Positions 51,073 through 62,427 are shown, counted from the whole stretch's first letter. The stretch: 63,974 nt of DNA, filler included, from Basidiobolus ranarum (GCA_040143965.1; 54 parts of 54 records of this genome joined end to end with filler, not necessarily neighbours in it), one strand, 5' to 3'. The notes: generated from the letters alone by a model not told the origin. Made by a program: numbers and translations.

Positions 51073-51375
51073 TCTCAAAAGAACTATATCTTTTTCTTCA
51101 GACTTCAAGTTAGAGAAACCACCAGAGTTTTATCTACCCTTGTAGTATTGAGGATTTTTGATAGTTCTATTATCAGAAATAATATTTTCTCATAAAGTCT
51201 TCAAGCTATTGACATACTAAACTGTGTCTTTAACCTTTAAAGAGAGAGTGAAGAATATATCTCCTATCAATATTTTTAAGCTTCCAGTATAAAAAATTCA
51301 GCTTTGCTGGAGATTTGTAGTGGGATTAAGCTTTATTACTGAATATTTAAGTTAACACCCCTATCCCACACTACA
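51073..51375 (+). repeat. LTR family E 3' part, followed by PBS TGGTGGAGGACCTGGG (51380..51395)
   Basis: Ends CTACA with a TGG-starting PBS a few nt downstream and a gag ORF after it. Confidence 0.75.
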
Positions 51376-51457
51376 AGTTTGGTGGAGGACCTGGGTAGCT
51401 TAAAACTTCATTCTTATTCTAAATCTATCAAAAACTTTATATCTCTCTCCCTATTCC

Positions 51458-52030
51458 ATGATGCCTGAACAAGCAATTACTGAAACCATTTCTTGCTTTC
51501 AGCAATTAATGCCCAACAAATTCACTGGTTCTGATGTAGTTCAATACCTGTCAGAATTTAATGAAGTTTGTGATATTCTGGAAATCACTGACAAGAGAAA
51601 AATTCAACTATTTCTCATCATATCAGAGAGCCAAATATCCAAGCAACTAAGAACACTCAACTGCTTCAAGATCAAGTCTCTTGCAACACCATTGTGGACA
51701 GATGCAGAAAAAGCTATCTTAGAAGAATTTCAGCAAGATGAAGACCTACCTACACTCAATGATCTAGAGATTGCTTACAACCCAAGCATTTCTTTAGCTC
51801 ATTATATCAGAAACTATGAAGCAGTAGCCAACAACATTGACAGCAAGATAGGAATACCTAAGCATTATAAAAGAAACTACTTTATCCTCAATTTGCCCAA
51901 GGAAATGAGAGATTCCATCAGCCAGAAACTTACAGCAACTAGTACCTATGAAGAAGTTAAAGATTGGGTCTTGAAGCTCAACACAGGTCACTCTAGGGTT
52001 AGGGGGGATGAAAAGCACCAGATGGTGTAG
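51458..52030 (+). mobile_element. Gypsy-type gag ORF (190 aa; 3' end probably interrupted by another repeat)
   Basis: Lies just after the LTR and PBS. FTGSDVVQYLSEFNEVC...FILNLPKEMR resembles a capsid pattern. Confidence 0.65.
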
Positions 52031-52716
52031 ACTTTATTTAGCTTAAATACTAATCTAAACAAAGTGACAATCAAGACATCAATCTTTTGAGATATTGTGT
52101 CAATACTGAATCATATCCATACTTAACCTGATGACCAATGTAATCAAGCTCAGAGNNNNNNNNNNNNNNNNNNNNNNNNNNNNNNNNNNNNNNNNNNNNT
52201 TAATTAATTAANNNNNNNNNNNNNNNNNNNNNNNNNNNNNNNNNNNNNNNNNNNNTTCTGGGAATCATTAGTGATTTAAAGTTACCATGAATCAGAATCC
52301 TTTTCACAACTGGGCGGCTAGTGTAAAAGCATATAGATATTATTATCTTCGTCTAAATGGCATATATATTAGTGCTGAACTTATTATCAAAAGTAGTATT
52401 GTGAAAGCAAACGAGTCAAGTAGAAAAGAATAACGATTAATCAAATATTGTCTATGGATAATAGTTTGTATAAAGCGGGCAACTCTAACACTTTACTATC
52501 AAACTACTCTCAGATAACTTGGTGAACTAAGCCACGTGAAGATCAACGCTACCGTTTCAAAAATCATTTAACCTAATCCGCATTCATTTGCCAATTCTAA
52601 ATATACCTAATATTCCAAATCATCAAGTCCATTCCAAGGTTAGTTTCACATTTTTAATCCTTTGACCAAGTCTTAGACTCTGAAAATGGTACTCTTAAAG
52701 CCCAAGATAGTACGAG

Positions 52717-53292
52717 ATGCCAACAGTCGAATATCAACGGCTGGGATTAGAGGAGGATCTATTGAACAACTCTTCTACTCTAGATGATTCTTTTACTTTA
52801 GCTACTGAGCGACAAGGTGAATATCGTTTGATGAATTATAAAATTAACTCTAAATATCTGCAACGCTCACTAAGAAAACATTAGCTAACTTAACAATGAA
52901 TTTTCTTATTTGAAAAGACGGAAATAATCAGCGAATTGCATTATCTTTAATTGATCCGTCAAACGATGAGTCGAATTTACCTCACTTTACAGTAAGCCTT
53001 CAGAATCCCACGTGAAAGGTCAAATTTTGGAAGAAACTAAAGCTTCTCATTATAAATTTATAGTTTCGTGCTGTGTTCGTAGGACTTATCATAGGATCAG
53101 CACTTTGCTTTAGTAACATGTATTTTGGATTACAAACGGGATGGATCTCTATGATGTCTTTACAATCATCTCTTCTTGGTTTTGTACTTTTCAGACTATT
53201 TCGAAATTGGCAACAGATTCAATTTGGAGTTGCTGAAAATGTCATCTTACAGACGACTGCTGTCGCTACCGCCACCATGCCTTTAGCTGGAG
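52717..53292 (+). CDS. OPT-family oligopeptide transporter (YSL/Ygl114w-like), first three exons 52717..52816, 52918..52991, 53064..53292
   Basis: GT-AG introns keep the frame: MPTVEYQRL...PHFT|FRAVFVGLIIGSALCFSNMYFGLQTGWISMMSLQSSLLGF...ENVILQTTAVATATMPLAGG. Confidence 0.9.
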
Positions 53293-53438
53293 GTATTTTT
53301 GTCTTGAATTTAGTTTGTTTACTATCTGACACCTAATGNNNNNNNNNNNNNNNNNNNNNNNNNNNNNNNNNNNNNNNNNNNNTTAATTAATTAANNNNNN
53401 NNNNNNNNNNNNNNNNNNNNNNNNNNNNNNNNNNNNNN

Positions 53439-54521
53439 ACCCGGGGCGACGGCCGCGGTCCCCCCCACTCCCCCCCCCGGCCCCCCCCCCCCCCCCCCCC
53501 CCACCTGCGCCTCAATTCCCCTCTCCAACCTGGGGGCGCCTTTTAAGCGCCCTCCAAGCAGGCCCCCCCCATCAATAAACCCCCCCCCACCCTACATAAA
53601 GTGGGGGGGGGGGGGGCCCCCCCGCCGGGGGCCCCCCCCCCCCCCGGGGGGGGGGGGGGGGGGGGGCTTCGGGCAGGGGGGAGAGGGGGGTGGCTCCCCC
53701 GTTTGGCCCTGCCCCGGCCGGGTTTTCCGAAAGGCTCCGTCCTCGCCTTTCAGTATCGTAGCCAACCACTTAAATGCTACGTCTATTTGGATGGGGGGCC
53801 AGTCTGTTTGCCAAATTCCGGGAGGGGCCTCCCGACCCTTTGGGATGAATATTAATTCCGGCTTCGCACTCTGGGGGCCCCTTTTTCTCCTTTATCTGTC
53901 CCCTCCCTCTGAAGGATGGCCCCTCCCTTCCGGTACGGGGGGAAGCACAAGGGGGGGGAAGCCCCCCCCCTTCCAGGAGGGGGGGGGGCTAGGAATAGGG
54001 GGGCGGGGGGCGGGGGAGGCGAGCGAGCGAGCCGGTTACCGACCGACCGCCGAAGGTCGCGAACCCCCCCCCCATACCCCCCCGGAAGGGGGTGGGGAGG
54101 GGATCTCAGGGTCAAACCGGGGCAGTTACCGAACGCCCCCACCCCTCCCCCCCCCCCTCAACCGGCCCCCTACCGGCCCCCCTCCCTCCACCGATCCCTT
54201 TGGGCTCGCCCCCCGGCTTCGCACCCGAAACTCCCCCTCGCTAACCCCCCCCGGGTGGGGGGGGGAGCGGTTAAATTCAGGGTCCCGGCAGGGGGGTGGG
54301 GAGGGGGGAGGTAGCGAAGCCGGGGAATGCACCCCCATCGCATTTGCAAACAGATGCCAGCCCCCCCCCCCCCCCCGGGGGGGGGGGGCCATTATTGAGA
54401 ACCCCCGGCCAAGGGGGGGGGGTGGGAATCTGCCTATGCAACAGATTCGGCCGTCTCCTCTTCAGGTGATCGCGCTCGATAAGTTAAAACAATAGGTCCA
54501 ACCATCGCTAATAATAAGATA
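53439..54521. other. Low-quality G/C homopolymer-rich sequence, probable sequencing artefact
   Basis: Long poly-C and poly-G runs, with composition unlike every other contig. Confidence 0.75.
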
Positions 54522-54621
54522 NNNNNNNNNNNNNNNNNNNNNNNNNNNNNNNNNNNNNNNNNNNNTTAATTAATTAANNNNNNNNNNNNNNNNNNNNNNN
54601 NNNNNNNNNNNNNNNNNNNNN

Positions 54622-55001
54622 GTCTGGGAAGTAGTTGAACCAGATGAAGAAGAAGAAATTTCTGAAGAAGAAAGTACAGATTCTGACACTGAAACAAAGA
54701 AGCCAACACATAAAGAAGCCAGGGCAGCCTTCCAAGAAAAAGACAGATTGGCATATAGGGAAATATGTCTAAGACTGGGATCACTACAACTTATGCTAGT
54801 CAGAGATGCTGACTCTGCCAAGAATGCATGGGAAATCTTAGTGGAACATCATGAGCAATAGGGCTTGCCCATTTGATGATGCTATGTAGAAAATTCCCAA
54901 ACTCTCACATGTCTGAGGATTCAGATATTATGACAAATGTCTATGGTGTCAAGAAACTTGCCCAACAACTGGAATCAGTGAATTATAAAGTACCTGAAAA
55001 G
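54622..55001 (+). mobile_element. Copia gag remnant (distinct family)
   Basis: VWEVVE...KDRLAYREICLRLGSLQLMLVRDADSAKNAWEIL. Confidence 0.75.
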
Positions 55002-55379
55002 TGTTAAATATTATTGCTTTTATCATGTTTATTATCTCTATCTTTATACACCTGACTATTTCATATATCACATATAAGTTAGTCAACATTACTTAGTCAA
55101 ATATCACTTAGCTGAAAATTGGAACATATATTTTATATATATGTGAATAATGTGAGAATAAGCAATTCCTTATTGTAAATTTCAAACTTGTCCAAATTGT
55201 CCCAAACATAGCTCTTTTTACTCCCACAGATGTTCTGAACACAATGCTAGTGTTAGTTTTCAGTAATTTTGTCAAAATGTTCAAATGCTTTATTTCTGCA
55301 TAATAAATAATTATCTCACAAAGCTATTCACAACTCCACTTTTCTAAAGTTCCTCTAAATAGCCCATAGTTTCCTAATA
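55002..55379 (+). repeat. Full 5' LTR family F (about 378 bp)
   Basis: Starts TGTT and is immediately followed by PBS GGTTATGAGTCC and gag. Confidence 0.85.
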
Positions 55380-55411
55380 GGTTATGAGTCCCATGTTCTA
55401 ACCTTCACAGC

Positions 55412-55704
55412 ATGAGAGAAACCACTACCACCACTTTTATTAACTCAAGTGTTGAAAAGCTTTATGAAGAAAATTACAATTACTGGAAGTTCAAGATGCA
55501 AACCATGCTGGAAGACAGCAAGCTTTGGTATGTAGTGTCTGGAGATGAAAACAAACCTTCTGACCCTTCTTTATTGGAAGTTTACAAGAAAAGAGACAAG
55601 AAGGCCTCTAATGTCATTTGTCAAAGTTTGAAGGATTCACAACTTGTGAATATTCAATACGCAAAGACTTCCATCAAGCTTGGACTATCTTGGAAGGGTG
55701 TTAT
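55412..55704 (+). mobile_element. Ty1/copia gag N-terminus
   Basis: EKLYEENYNYWKFKMQTMLEDSKLW...DKKASNVICQSL. Overlaps in sequence with the family at 1193 and 41502. Confidence 0.9.
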
Positions 55705-55804
55705 NNNNNNNNNNNNNNNNNNNNNNNNNNNNNNNNNNNNNNNNNNNNTTAATTAATTAANNNNNNNNNNNNNNNNNNNNNNNNNNNNNNNNNNNNNNNN
55801 NNNN

Positions 55805-56694
55805 TCTTCAACCATGGTAGAAGCTTCATCTCTTTTGACTGGCTGCTGTGACCTCTGTTGCATGGCAGAACGTGTTGGAGCATATCATCTACCTTGAGGT
55901 TTGTGTTTGACTGTTGTGGCTTCTTCAAGCTCAGTAAGAGCTTCACTATCTCTCTCAAACACCCATTGTCTTGGTCTTGTGGGGGTACGTGTAGTAGCAG
56001 ATTGCTGTCTTAGTAGATTGCTCTCAGGTGTCAGATCTTCATCCAACAAAGTGGAAGGTTCAATAATTCTTGCGGTTGGCCTTTGTTGCTGTTGCGTGGT
56101 TGTACGTGTTAAACTGCTCCTTGGAGCTGACTCTTCTCCAGATGTAAAAAGCTCACTGGTTGGTTTGGTTGAATCAGGTAAATTGCATGCTACAATGCGT
56201 GAATATGCGGGCCGTCCTCTTTCTGGTTCTTCATTGACTGCTTGCTCTTCATCAAAAATGGGAGAAACATCACGGACTCTTCCAAGCTGGCATTGCTGTT
56301 GATGTGTACTACTAGCTGATGAACCAACTTGTTGGGCTCTTGCCCTTGTTGGAGGTGTTACCTCAATTCTAGTGGTGAGTTGTGTAGATTCTTCTTGTGA
56401 AATAGATACCTTGTCAGGAGTCTCTTTGATTCGGAGTGATCTAGTATGTCTCTGCAACGGTCTAGACTGCTCCAATTTGCCTTTGGGAATATCTTCTGAT
56501 TCAATAAATTGTCTTGCTTTTCTCTTTACACCTCTGTTGATTACTCTTGCCATAGTGTCCTGAAATGTTGTTTTGAACTCTGCAACCTCCATCAACAGTT
56601 GCTGCAAAGTCTTGTTGAGCAGTGTTAGATATCTATTTAGAATCTCTTTTGTCTCTAAAGTTGAGGCTGCAATGTTCACTTCCAGTCCATACAA
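55805..56694 (-). mobile_element. Unknown multicopy ORF 'family K' (coiled coil, disordered region, 38-aa repeats)
   Basis: 269-aa ORF with a second copy at 49890..50972. Confidence 0.65.
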
Positions 56695-57074
56695 GCAGAA
56701 ATGTGATTGGAATCATGTCTCTGTGGACTCAAAATTAAAATTCCTATTTCTCAATTCACACTTTCTATCCTCATTAGTCTTATTGTATATTTTCTTGCAG
56801 ACTTCTGAAGGCATGAAGATATAGTATTCTCTCCAAAGCAGAGTCAAAAGTTGCTTCCACTTTTGTCTAATGCCCCCTTCCCCAGCNNNNNNNNNNNNNN
56901 NNNNNNNNNNNNNNNNNNNNNNNNNNNNNNTTAATTAATTAANNNNNNNNNNNNNNNNNNNNNNNNNNNNNNNNNNNNNNNNNNNNTATGGATGGATGTT
57001 CCTTCCTTTACTCTCTCTCTCTGATTTCCCTAACCCATGCTCTGATCCTTTTTTTCACTCTACCCCTGGGATAT

Positions 57075-57299
57075 TCATCTATAAATTGCAGGATTATATC
57101 TAAATTTTTGGGGGCCGGTACCAATAATTTTGGCGAAGACACATTGGGTTGGTTTGAGGCCAAGGTACCAATGTTGGAAGGCGTTTAGGTTATCAAACTT
57201 GGAATACATTCGGTTTCCACTGTGTTGAATAATTATTCCATGTCCGTCTATGGGGGGTAATTTTTTAACAAATTTTTTTCCGTAAATGGTTTGGGACAT
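57075..57299 (-). CDS. Possible PrimPol/AEP-like primase N-terminus (low-quality or degenerate)
   Basis: RMYSKF..LNAFQHWYLGLKPTQCVFAKIIGTGPQKFRY resembles the F..WY..L.P..R.F.EII...PQK.rFDiD lead-in to AEP motif I. The DxD itself is not intact. Confidence 0.35.
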   Translation of the reverse strand: MSQTIYGKKFVKKLPPIDGHGIIIQHSGNRMYSKFDNLNAFQHWYLGLKPTQCVFAKIIGTGPQKFRYNPAIYR

Positions 57300-57469
57300 A
57301 TTGGGGGTGTAATGTAGTGGTTTGCATGAGACAAGTATACTTGGTATGAATTTTATTTTTTTGGAATAGATTCAAAAGGTTTGAAGGGACGTATGTTAAA
57401 TAAATGGATATAGTTGGGTTTGGGTGATGATTGTTGAACCGGGGTTAAAATATGGTTGGGTGGGGTTTA

Positions 57470-58068
57470 ATTTGGAACTTAATTCGAATTTAAATTAGAT
57501 ATTGGTTAGAGAAATTTTTAAAAAATAATTCCGAACTTAATTTAAATCTAATTCCGATCTTGGTTTGAAATTTTTTAAAAATAATTCTGAACTTAATTTA
57601 AATCTTAATTTGTATCTTGGTTTGAAAAATTTTAAAAATAATTTCGCAAAATATTATTTTAAAACTTGAATTAGAACTTGAAGAAGATCTTGTTTAGAAT
57701 TTAATTCCGAACTTAATTTAAATCTTAATTTGGATCTTGGTTTGAAACTTTTTAAAAATTATTTCGAACTTAATTTAAATTTAATTCGGATCTTGGTTTG
57801 AAATTTTTTAAAAATAATTCCGAACTTAATTTAAATCTTAATTCGTATTTTGGTTTGAAATTTTTTAAAAATAATTCCGAACTTAATTTAAAACTCAAAT
57901 TAGAACTTGAAGAAGATTTTAATTTAGAATTTAATTCCGAACTTAATTTAAATCTAATTCGGATCTTGGTTTGAAATTTTTTAAAAATAATTCGACAAAA
58001 AATTATTTTCATACTTGAATTAGAACTTGAAGAAGATCTTGTTTAGAATTTAATTCCGAACTTAATTT
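57470..58068. repeat. AT-rich composite tandem array (unit about 57-59 bp, GAACTTAATTTAAATCTTAATTCGGATCTTGGTTTGAAA..., plus higher-order blocks)
   Basis: Repeated units read directly. A TTAGAACTTGAAGAAGAT block recurs three times. Confidence 0.85.
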
Positions 58069-58168
58069 NNNNNNNNNNNNNNNNNNNNNNNNNNNNNNNN
58101 NNNNNNNNNNNNTTAATTAATTAANNNNNNNNNNNNNNNNNNNNNNNNNNNNNNNNNNNNNNNNNNNN

Positions 58169-58815
58169 ATTATTTTAGCCATGGGGTAATTTATTCCAGC
58201 AATGACACATCAACTTGTGGCAGGGCATTTCTTGACTGCAAGTTGGGAATATATTGGCTGAATTCTTTACAGAAAGTTGCCAAAATCCAAGAGCTTATTC
58301 TCCTTGTGAATAGTAACAAGAGTAAGCTATTTGCCAAGTGTCAGTGCTATTCAAAATTTCAGATGTTTAGCAATTTTTCCACCATTAGTTTGCTGGTAAA
58401 GCATATTGATGTTGTTGGGTTATGTCTCATCAGTCAAGTATATGCATATGAAGAGACTAAGCATAACAAGATTCTTGTATTTTTTGATTCTCATCATGGC
58501 TGGAATACAAAGCCTAAAATATTTAAATAAAGGCATGCATATTGAATCAAATTCCTACAGCTGTAAACTCAGTGATTTGCCATTCAAAAATTATATTTTT
58601 GCAAGAATTGCTGGGTATTGAATAGCACATGCCAATTTGAGGATCAATATTTTAACATGTATAAATACCATCAAAATACCATCAAGAAACCACCATCACA
58701 CCATCAAAATCCCTGGCAGAATGCAAGCTACCAATATTGTGACGGTTCTCTGACAGTTTTGCTCTTATGGAGGGTGGATCCTATCCATATCAAATTGATT
58801 TTATTTTTGCTAAGG
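58169..58815 (+). mobile_element. CACTA right arm ending ATTTTTGCTAAGG, inserted upstream of a family I ORF
   Basis: GIYWLNSL ORF and a decayed TIR. Confidence 0.75.
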
Positions 58816-59350
58816 TTGCTCCAATGATGAGTGATTTAACATTTAGAAAACTGTGTGGAATCATGCCCAAAATCACCTGGATTTGAACCAATTGTGGAAA
58901 AGCCAAAAACCAGGCATTACTTGGAAGGTTCTTGACTTATTTCATGTGGCTTATCCTGGTTTTTGCAAGCAAGTGGCAATTGGGCTATTATAGGCCTATT
59001 CATGAAACATCTCAAAAATGTACACAATTATCAACTTGGAAAAGAAAAAAAAGCAGCTAAAGAAGTACTCAAGGAGCAGAAAGTTAGAAAATCCAGGGGA
59101 AAAGCAAAGGAGCCAGTGAGCTTAGGCTCTACACTGCCACTTACCAAATTCTTCACACCATTACAAAGATCTGCAATTCCAGAGTTGGATATAATGGCAA
59201 AAGAGCTTAATTTCACCATGGAACTGGGTATACCAGTTGGAAGAGTGCTANNNNNNNNNNNNNNNNNNNNNNNNNNNNNNNNNNNNNNNNNNNNTTAATT
59301 AATTAANNNNNNNNNNNNNNNNNNNNNNNNNNNNNNNNNNNNNNNNNNNN

Positions 59351-59816
59351 ATACCTCACCAATATAGGTAGGAAGGACAACAGTCCCGAAGCCTGAACCA
59401 ATACCGGTGAATAGACGTCCCACGATCCACATCCCCTTGTTCTTAGATAGGCCAATAAGCAGTGCACCGATGATAAAGAAAATGTTGTTGAAGAGTAATG
59501 AATTACGACGGCCAAATTTGGCCTGAGCCCAACCCGCAGAAAGACCTCCGATGGCACCACCGATGGAGAAGCTGCTTACGGCAAACCCCCACATCCAGTC
59601 GCCCATTGGGAAGCAGCTGGGGAAGCCATTAACCTTCTCATCGGGGTTGTCACAGCCAACGATGGAGGCTTGAATAATATTTGTATCGGAAGTGTTCCAG
59701 CCATTGTTGAATGATACAAGGCAAGCGATGGATACACACAAGACTGTGTAGACGGAAAAGCCGGCTTGGGAAGAGTCAGTTGAACTCTTTACCTCTTTGG
59801 TAGCAAGAACACGCAT
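59351..59816 (-). CDS. MFS sugar porter (GLUT/SLC2-like), N-terminal part
   Basis: SFNNGWNT, WGFAVSSFSIGGAIGG, KFGRRNSL, IVGRLFTGIGSG...PTYIGE. CpGs are retained. Confidence 0.92.
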
Positions 59817-60262
59817 TGTTATTGGAGTTAGTTGTGATAATAAATAAAAGCAGGAGTATTTTGAAGAAAATTAATGTTTAACTTGAAAGTTGATTGAGAA
59901 ACTGACGATGGCTCCAAAGATATATATCACTATTTCATATTTACCAGAATTTGACACACCTGTTATGGTATCTACCATTTGTAGAAAGACACTAAAAGAG
60001 CAAACCATATATATAACTGTATTTAGAGTCTGAACATATTTGGAAATAGATCAACCCAGATGGACTCGGCAGATATTGGAACCTGGATAGACAGAGCCTC
60101 GGATAATCCTATTGTGAAGCCCAATCCTGCTAGCATAAAAAAATAAATAATGTGATGATTTTTGATTAACACCTGACTTGTGTGGGTTAGGGTTAGGCTT
60201 TCAGAATCTTTATTGGGAATATCATATTGTGCTTACTGTTGAAATTATTTAGGGAGAAATAT

Positions 60263-60335
60263 TGGTCTGGCCAGGAATTGAACCTGGGACCTCCTTCACT
60301 CTAGCAAGGTGCTCTAACCTCTGAGCTACCAGTCC
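60263..60335 (-). tRNA. tRNA-like element (pseudo-tRNA or SINE head) with AGA at the anticodon position
   Basis: GGACTGG TA GCTC AGAGGTTA GAGC A CCTTG CTAGAGT GAAGG AGGTC CCAGG TTCAATT CCTGG CCAGACC A folds as a cloverleaf with A and B boxes. It has stem mismatches and a short variable loop. Confidence 0.7.
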
Positions 60336-60531
60336 TTGTATGCTATGCCTCTATTGCTAGGGAACCTTAACCTAGTCTGTCAATGTATGGTACTTTGGCA
60401 TTTCAGCTTTACAAGCAACTGATTGGCCATANNNNNNNNNNNNNNNNNNNNNNNNNNNNNNNNNNNNNNNNNNNNTTAATTAATTAANNNNNNNNNNNNN
60501 NNNNNNNNNNNNNNNNNNNNNNNNNNNNNNN

Positions 60532-61612
60532 GGTCAAAACATAAGTCTTGACAAATGCAAACATTTTGGGACACCAATAATCCCTGGATGCCAACATATA
60601 TGATTTGCAGCACCAAAGTGTCCTGCTAGTGGTGAGTCATGTCTTTGCTGCATGATTTTGAGTCTGGAAGTGTGGTCTGGAATGTAAAATTGCTTCTTAT
60701 ACAACAAGAGAATATTGATGATAGAGAAATGGTGGTACAGCTTGAAGCTTGAGAGATCTTTGGGTGTTTCCAGGGCTTTCTTGATTGATATTATCAATGA
60801 ATCTTCAGATTGAAGTTTACAGATGTTTTCATGGAATGTGCTTGAATTAGGCAGAGAAAGGGCAGTTGTACTAATTTGAAGTTCATGGGGCTTCAGTAAG
60901 GAAGTATTTTGTTGGCCAAAGGCTCATCCCCTTCTTTAGGCTTATATTCTGCTCTACATGATAAGGCATCAGGCTTTCCTTGCTGGCTACCTGGTTGATA
61001 TGTGATCACAAAATCAAAACTGGCAAGAAATTATGACCATTTTTCTTGATGATGGTTGAGAACTTTGGTTGTACTAAAATACTGAAGATTTTTGTGATCA
61101 CAATAAACTGTGATTTTGTGATTTGCTCCATCCAAGTATTGTTGCCATTGTTCAAATGCAGCAATAATTGCTAATAGTTCCTTGTCATAGATGTCATAGT
61201 TGATTTCTGTGGCAGAGAACTTTCTTGAGTAAAAGGCAACAGGGTGTAGTAAGTTGTCATCATCAAACTGTGATAATACTGCTCCTAGAGCAAAGTTGGA
61301 TGCATCAGTTTCAACAATAAATGGCTTGTCTAGCTTGGGATGTGCCAGGATTGGTGCTGAGGTAAAAGCACCCTTTAAAGTTACAAATGCTTGTTGGCAA
61401 GATGGGTTCCAGTCAAATGGGAGTTCTTTCTTTGTAAGGTTTGTTAATGGAGCAGATATTTTGGAGTAGTTCTTGACAAACCATTGGTAAAAGTTTGCAA
61501 ATCCAAGGAAAGATTGGACATCCTTCACATTCTTTGGAATATCCCAAGACAGAACAGATTCAACCTTCTTAGGGTCAATGTTGATGCCTGATGGATTGAT
61601 GTTGTATCAAGG
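60532..61612 (-). mobile_element. Ty3/gypsy RT thumb, RNase H and integrase H2C2 fragment
   Basis: VQSFLGFANFY, VETDASNFALGAVLSQ, NYDIYDKELLAI, HDSPLAGHFG. Confidence 0.95.
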
Positions 61613-62427
61613 NNNNNNNNNNNNNNNNNNNNNNNNNNNNNNNNNNNNNNNNNNNNTTAATTAATTAANNNNNNNNNNNNNNNNNNNNNNNNNNNNNNNN
61701 NNNNNNNNNNNNTGGGACCTTCCTAAACATATTCTACACGTTAGTTTGTTTACATCTTGACAAAACTATAAATGTCAACTTTCTACTCAATAAATCATTA
61801 AGTGAAAACCACCAATTTTTCTAGTTCTCCAAATCACTTCCAACAACTCCCAAAATACTCCAACAGTAATCACTCCATTCTTTTTGAAACAAACCCATCT
61901 CTCTTTTCTCTTCACTTTTGCCAAGTGGTCTATTTGTTACAGAACAGAAAAAGCAAATAAACAGGTGACACTTGAAGTAAGGAATGAATATTTGTCATGT
62001 TGAATAACAAATCAAAATGTGACTAACAAGGAAGGTGTTTAAGTGCTATAATGTGGAACTGTACAAAAACTTGAGGTCCAAATAGCAAATAAAGGTTGGG
62101 AAGAGACATACTGGAAACTAATTATGACTAGATACTATCAAGGGATCAGTAATGTTAACTACTATTAGTTCAACTGAAGTGATGTAGAGTAGGTGAGGTT
62201 GGGGTATATTATTTTCATGCTGGCTTAACACTTACAAAGGTTACAAATGCTAATCTGAAGATAGAGGTACAATATGCCAATATAATAATCAAGTCAACTG
62301 GTAAATATTGAAATTATGAAAAATAATATTAGATTCTTGGTGTATATTTCATTACATTAAGTTGTTGAAATTAGCATAGACGAAACATCTTAGGATTAGT
62401 TTATATGACTATTTAGTTGAGGGAGAG

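Noticed and set aside
53439-54521. Pro/Gly-rich ORFs and G-quadruplex-like tracts
   Set aside because: Homopolymer-dominated sequence typical of a failed read. The overlapping ORFs result from a lack of stop codons.
60184-60197. TTAGGG repeats as a telomere
   Set aside because: Only two units, internal to the contig. Several other CCCTAA hits are CACTA TIRs.
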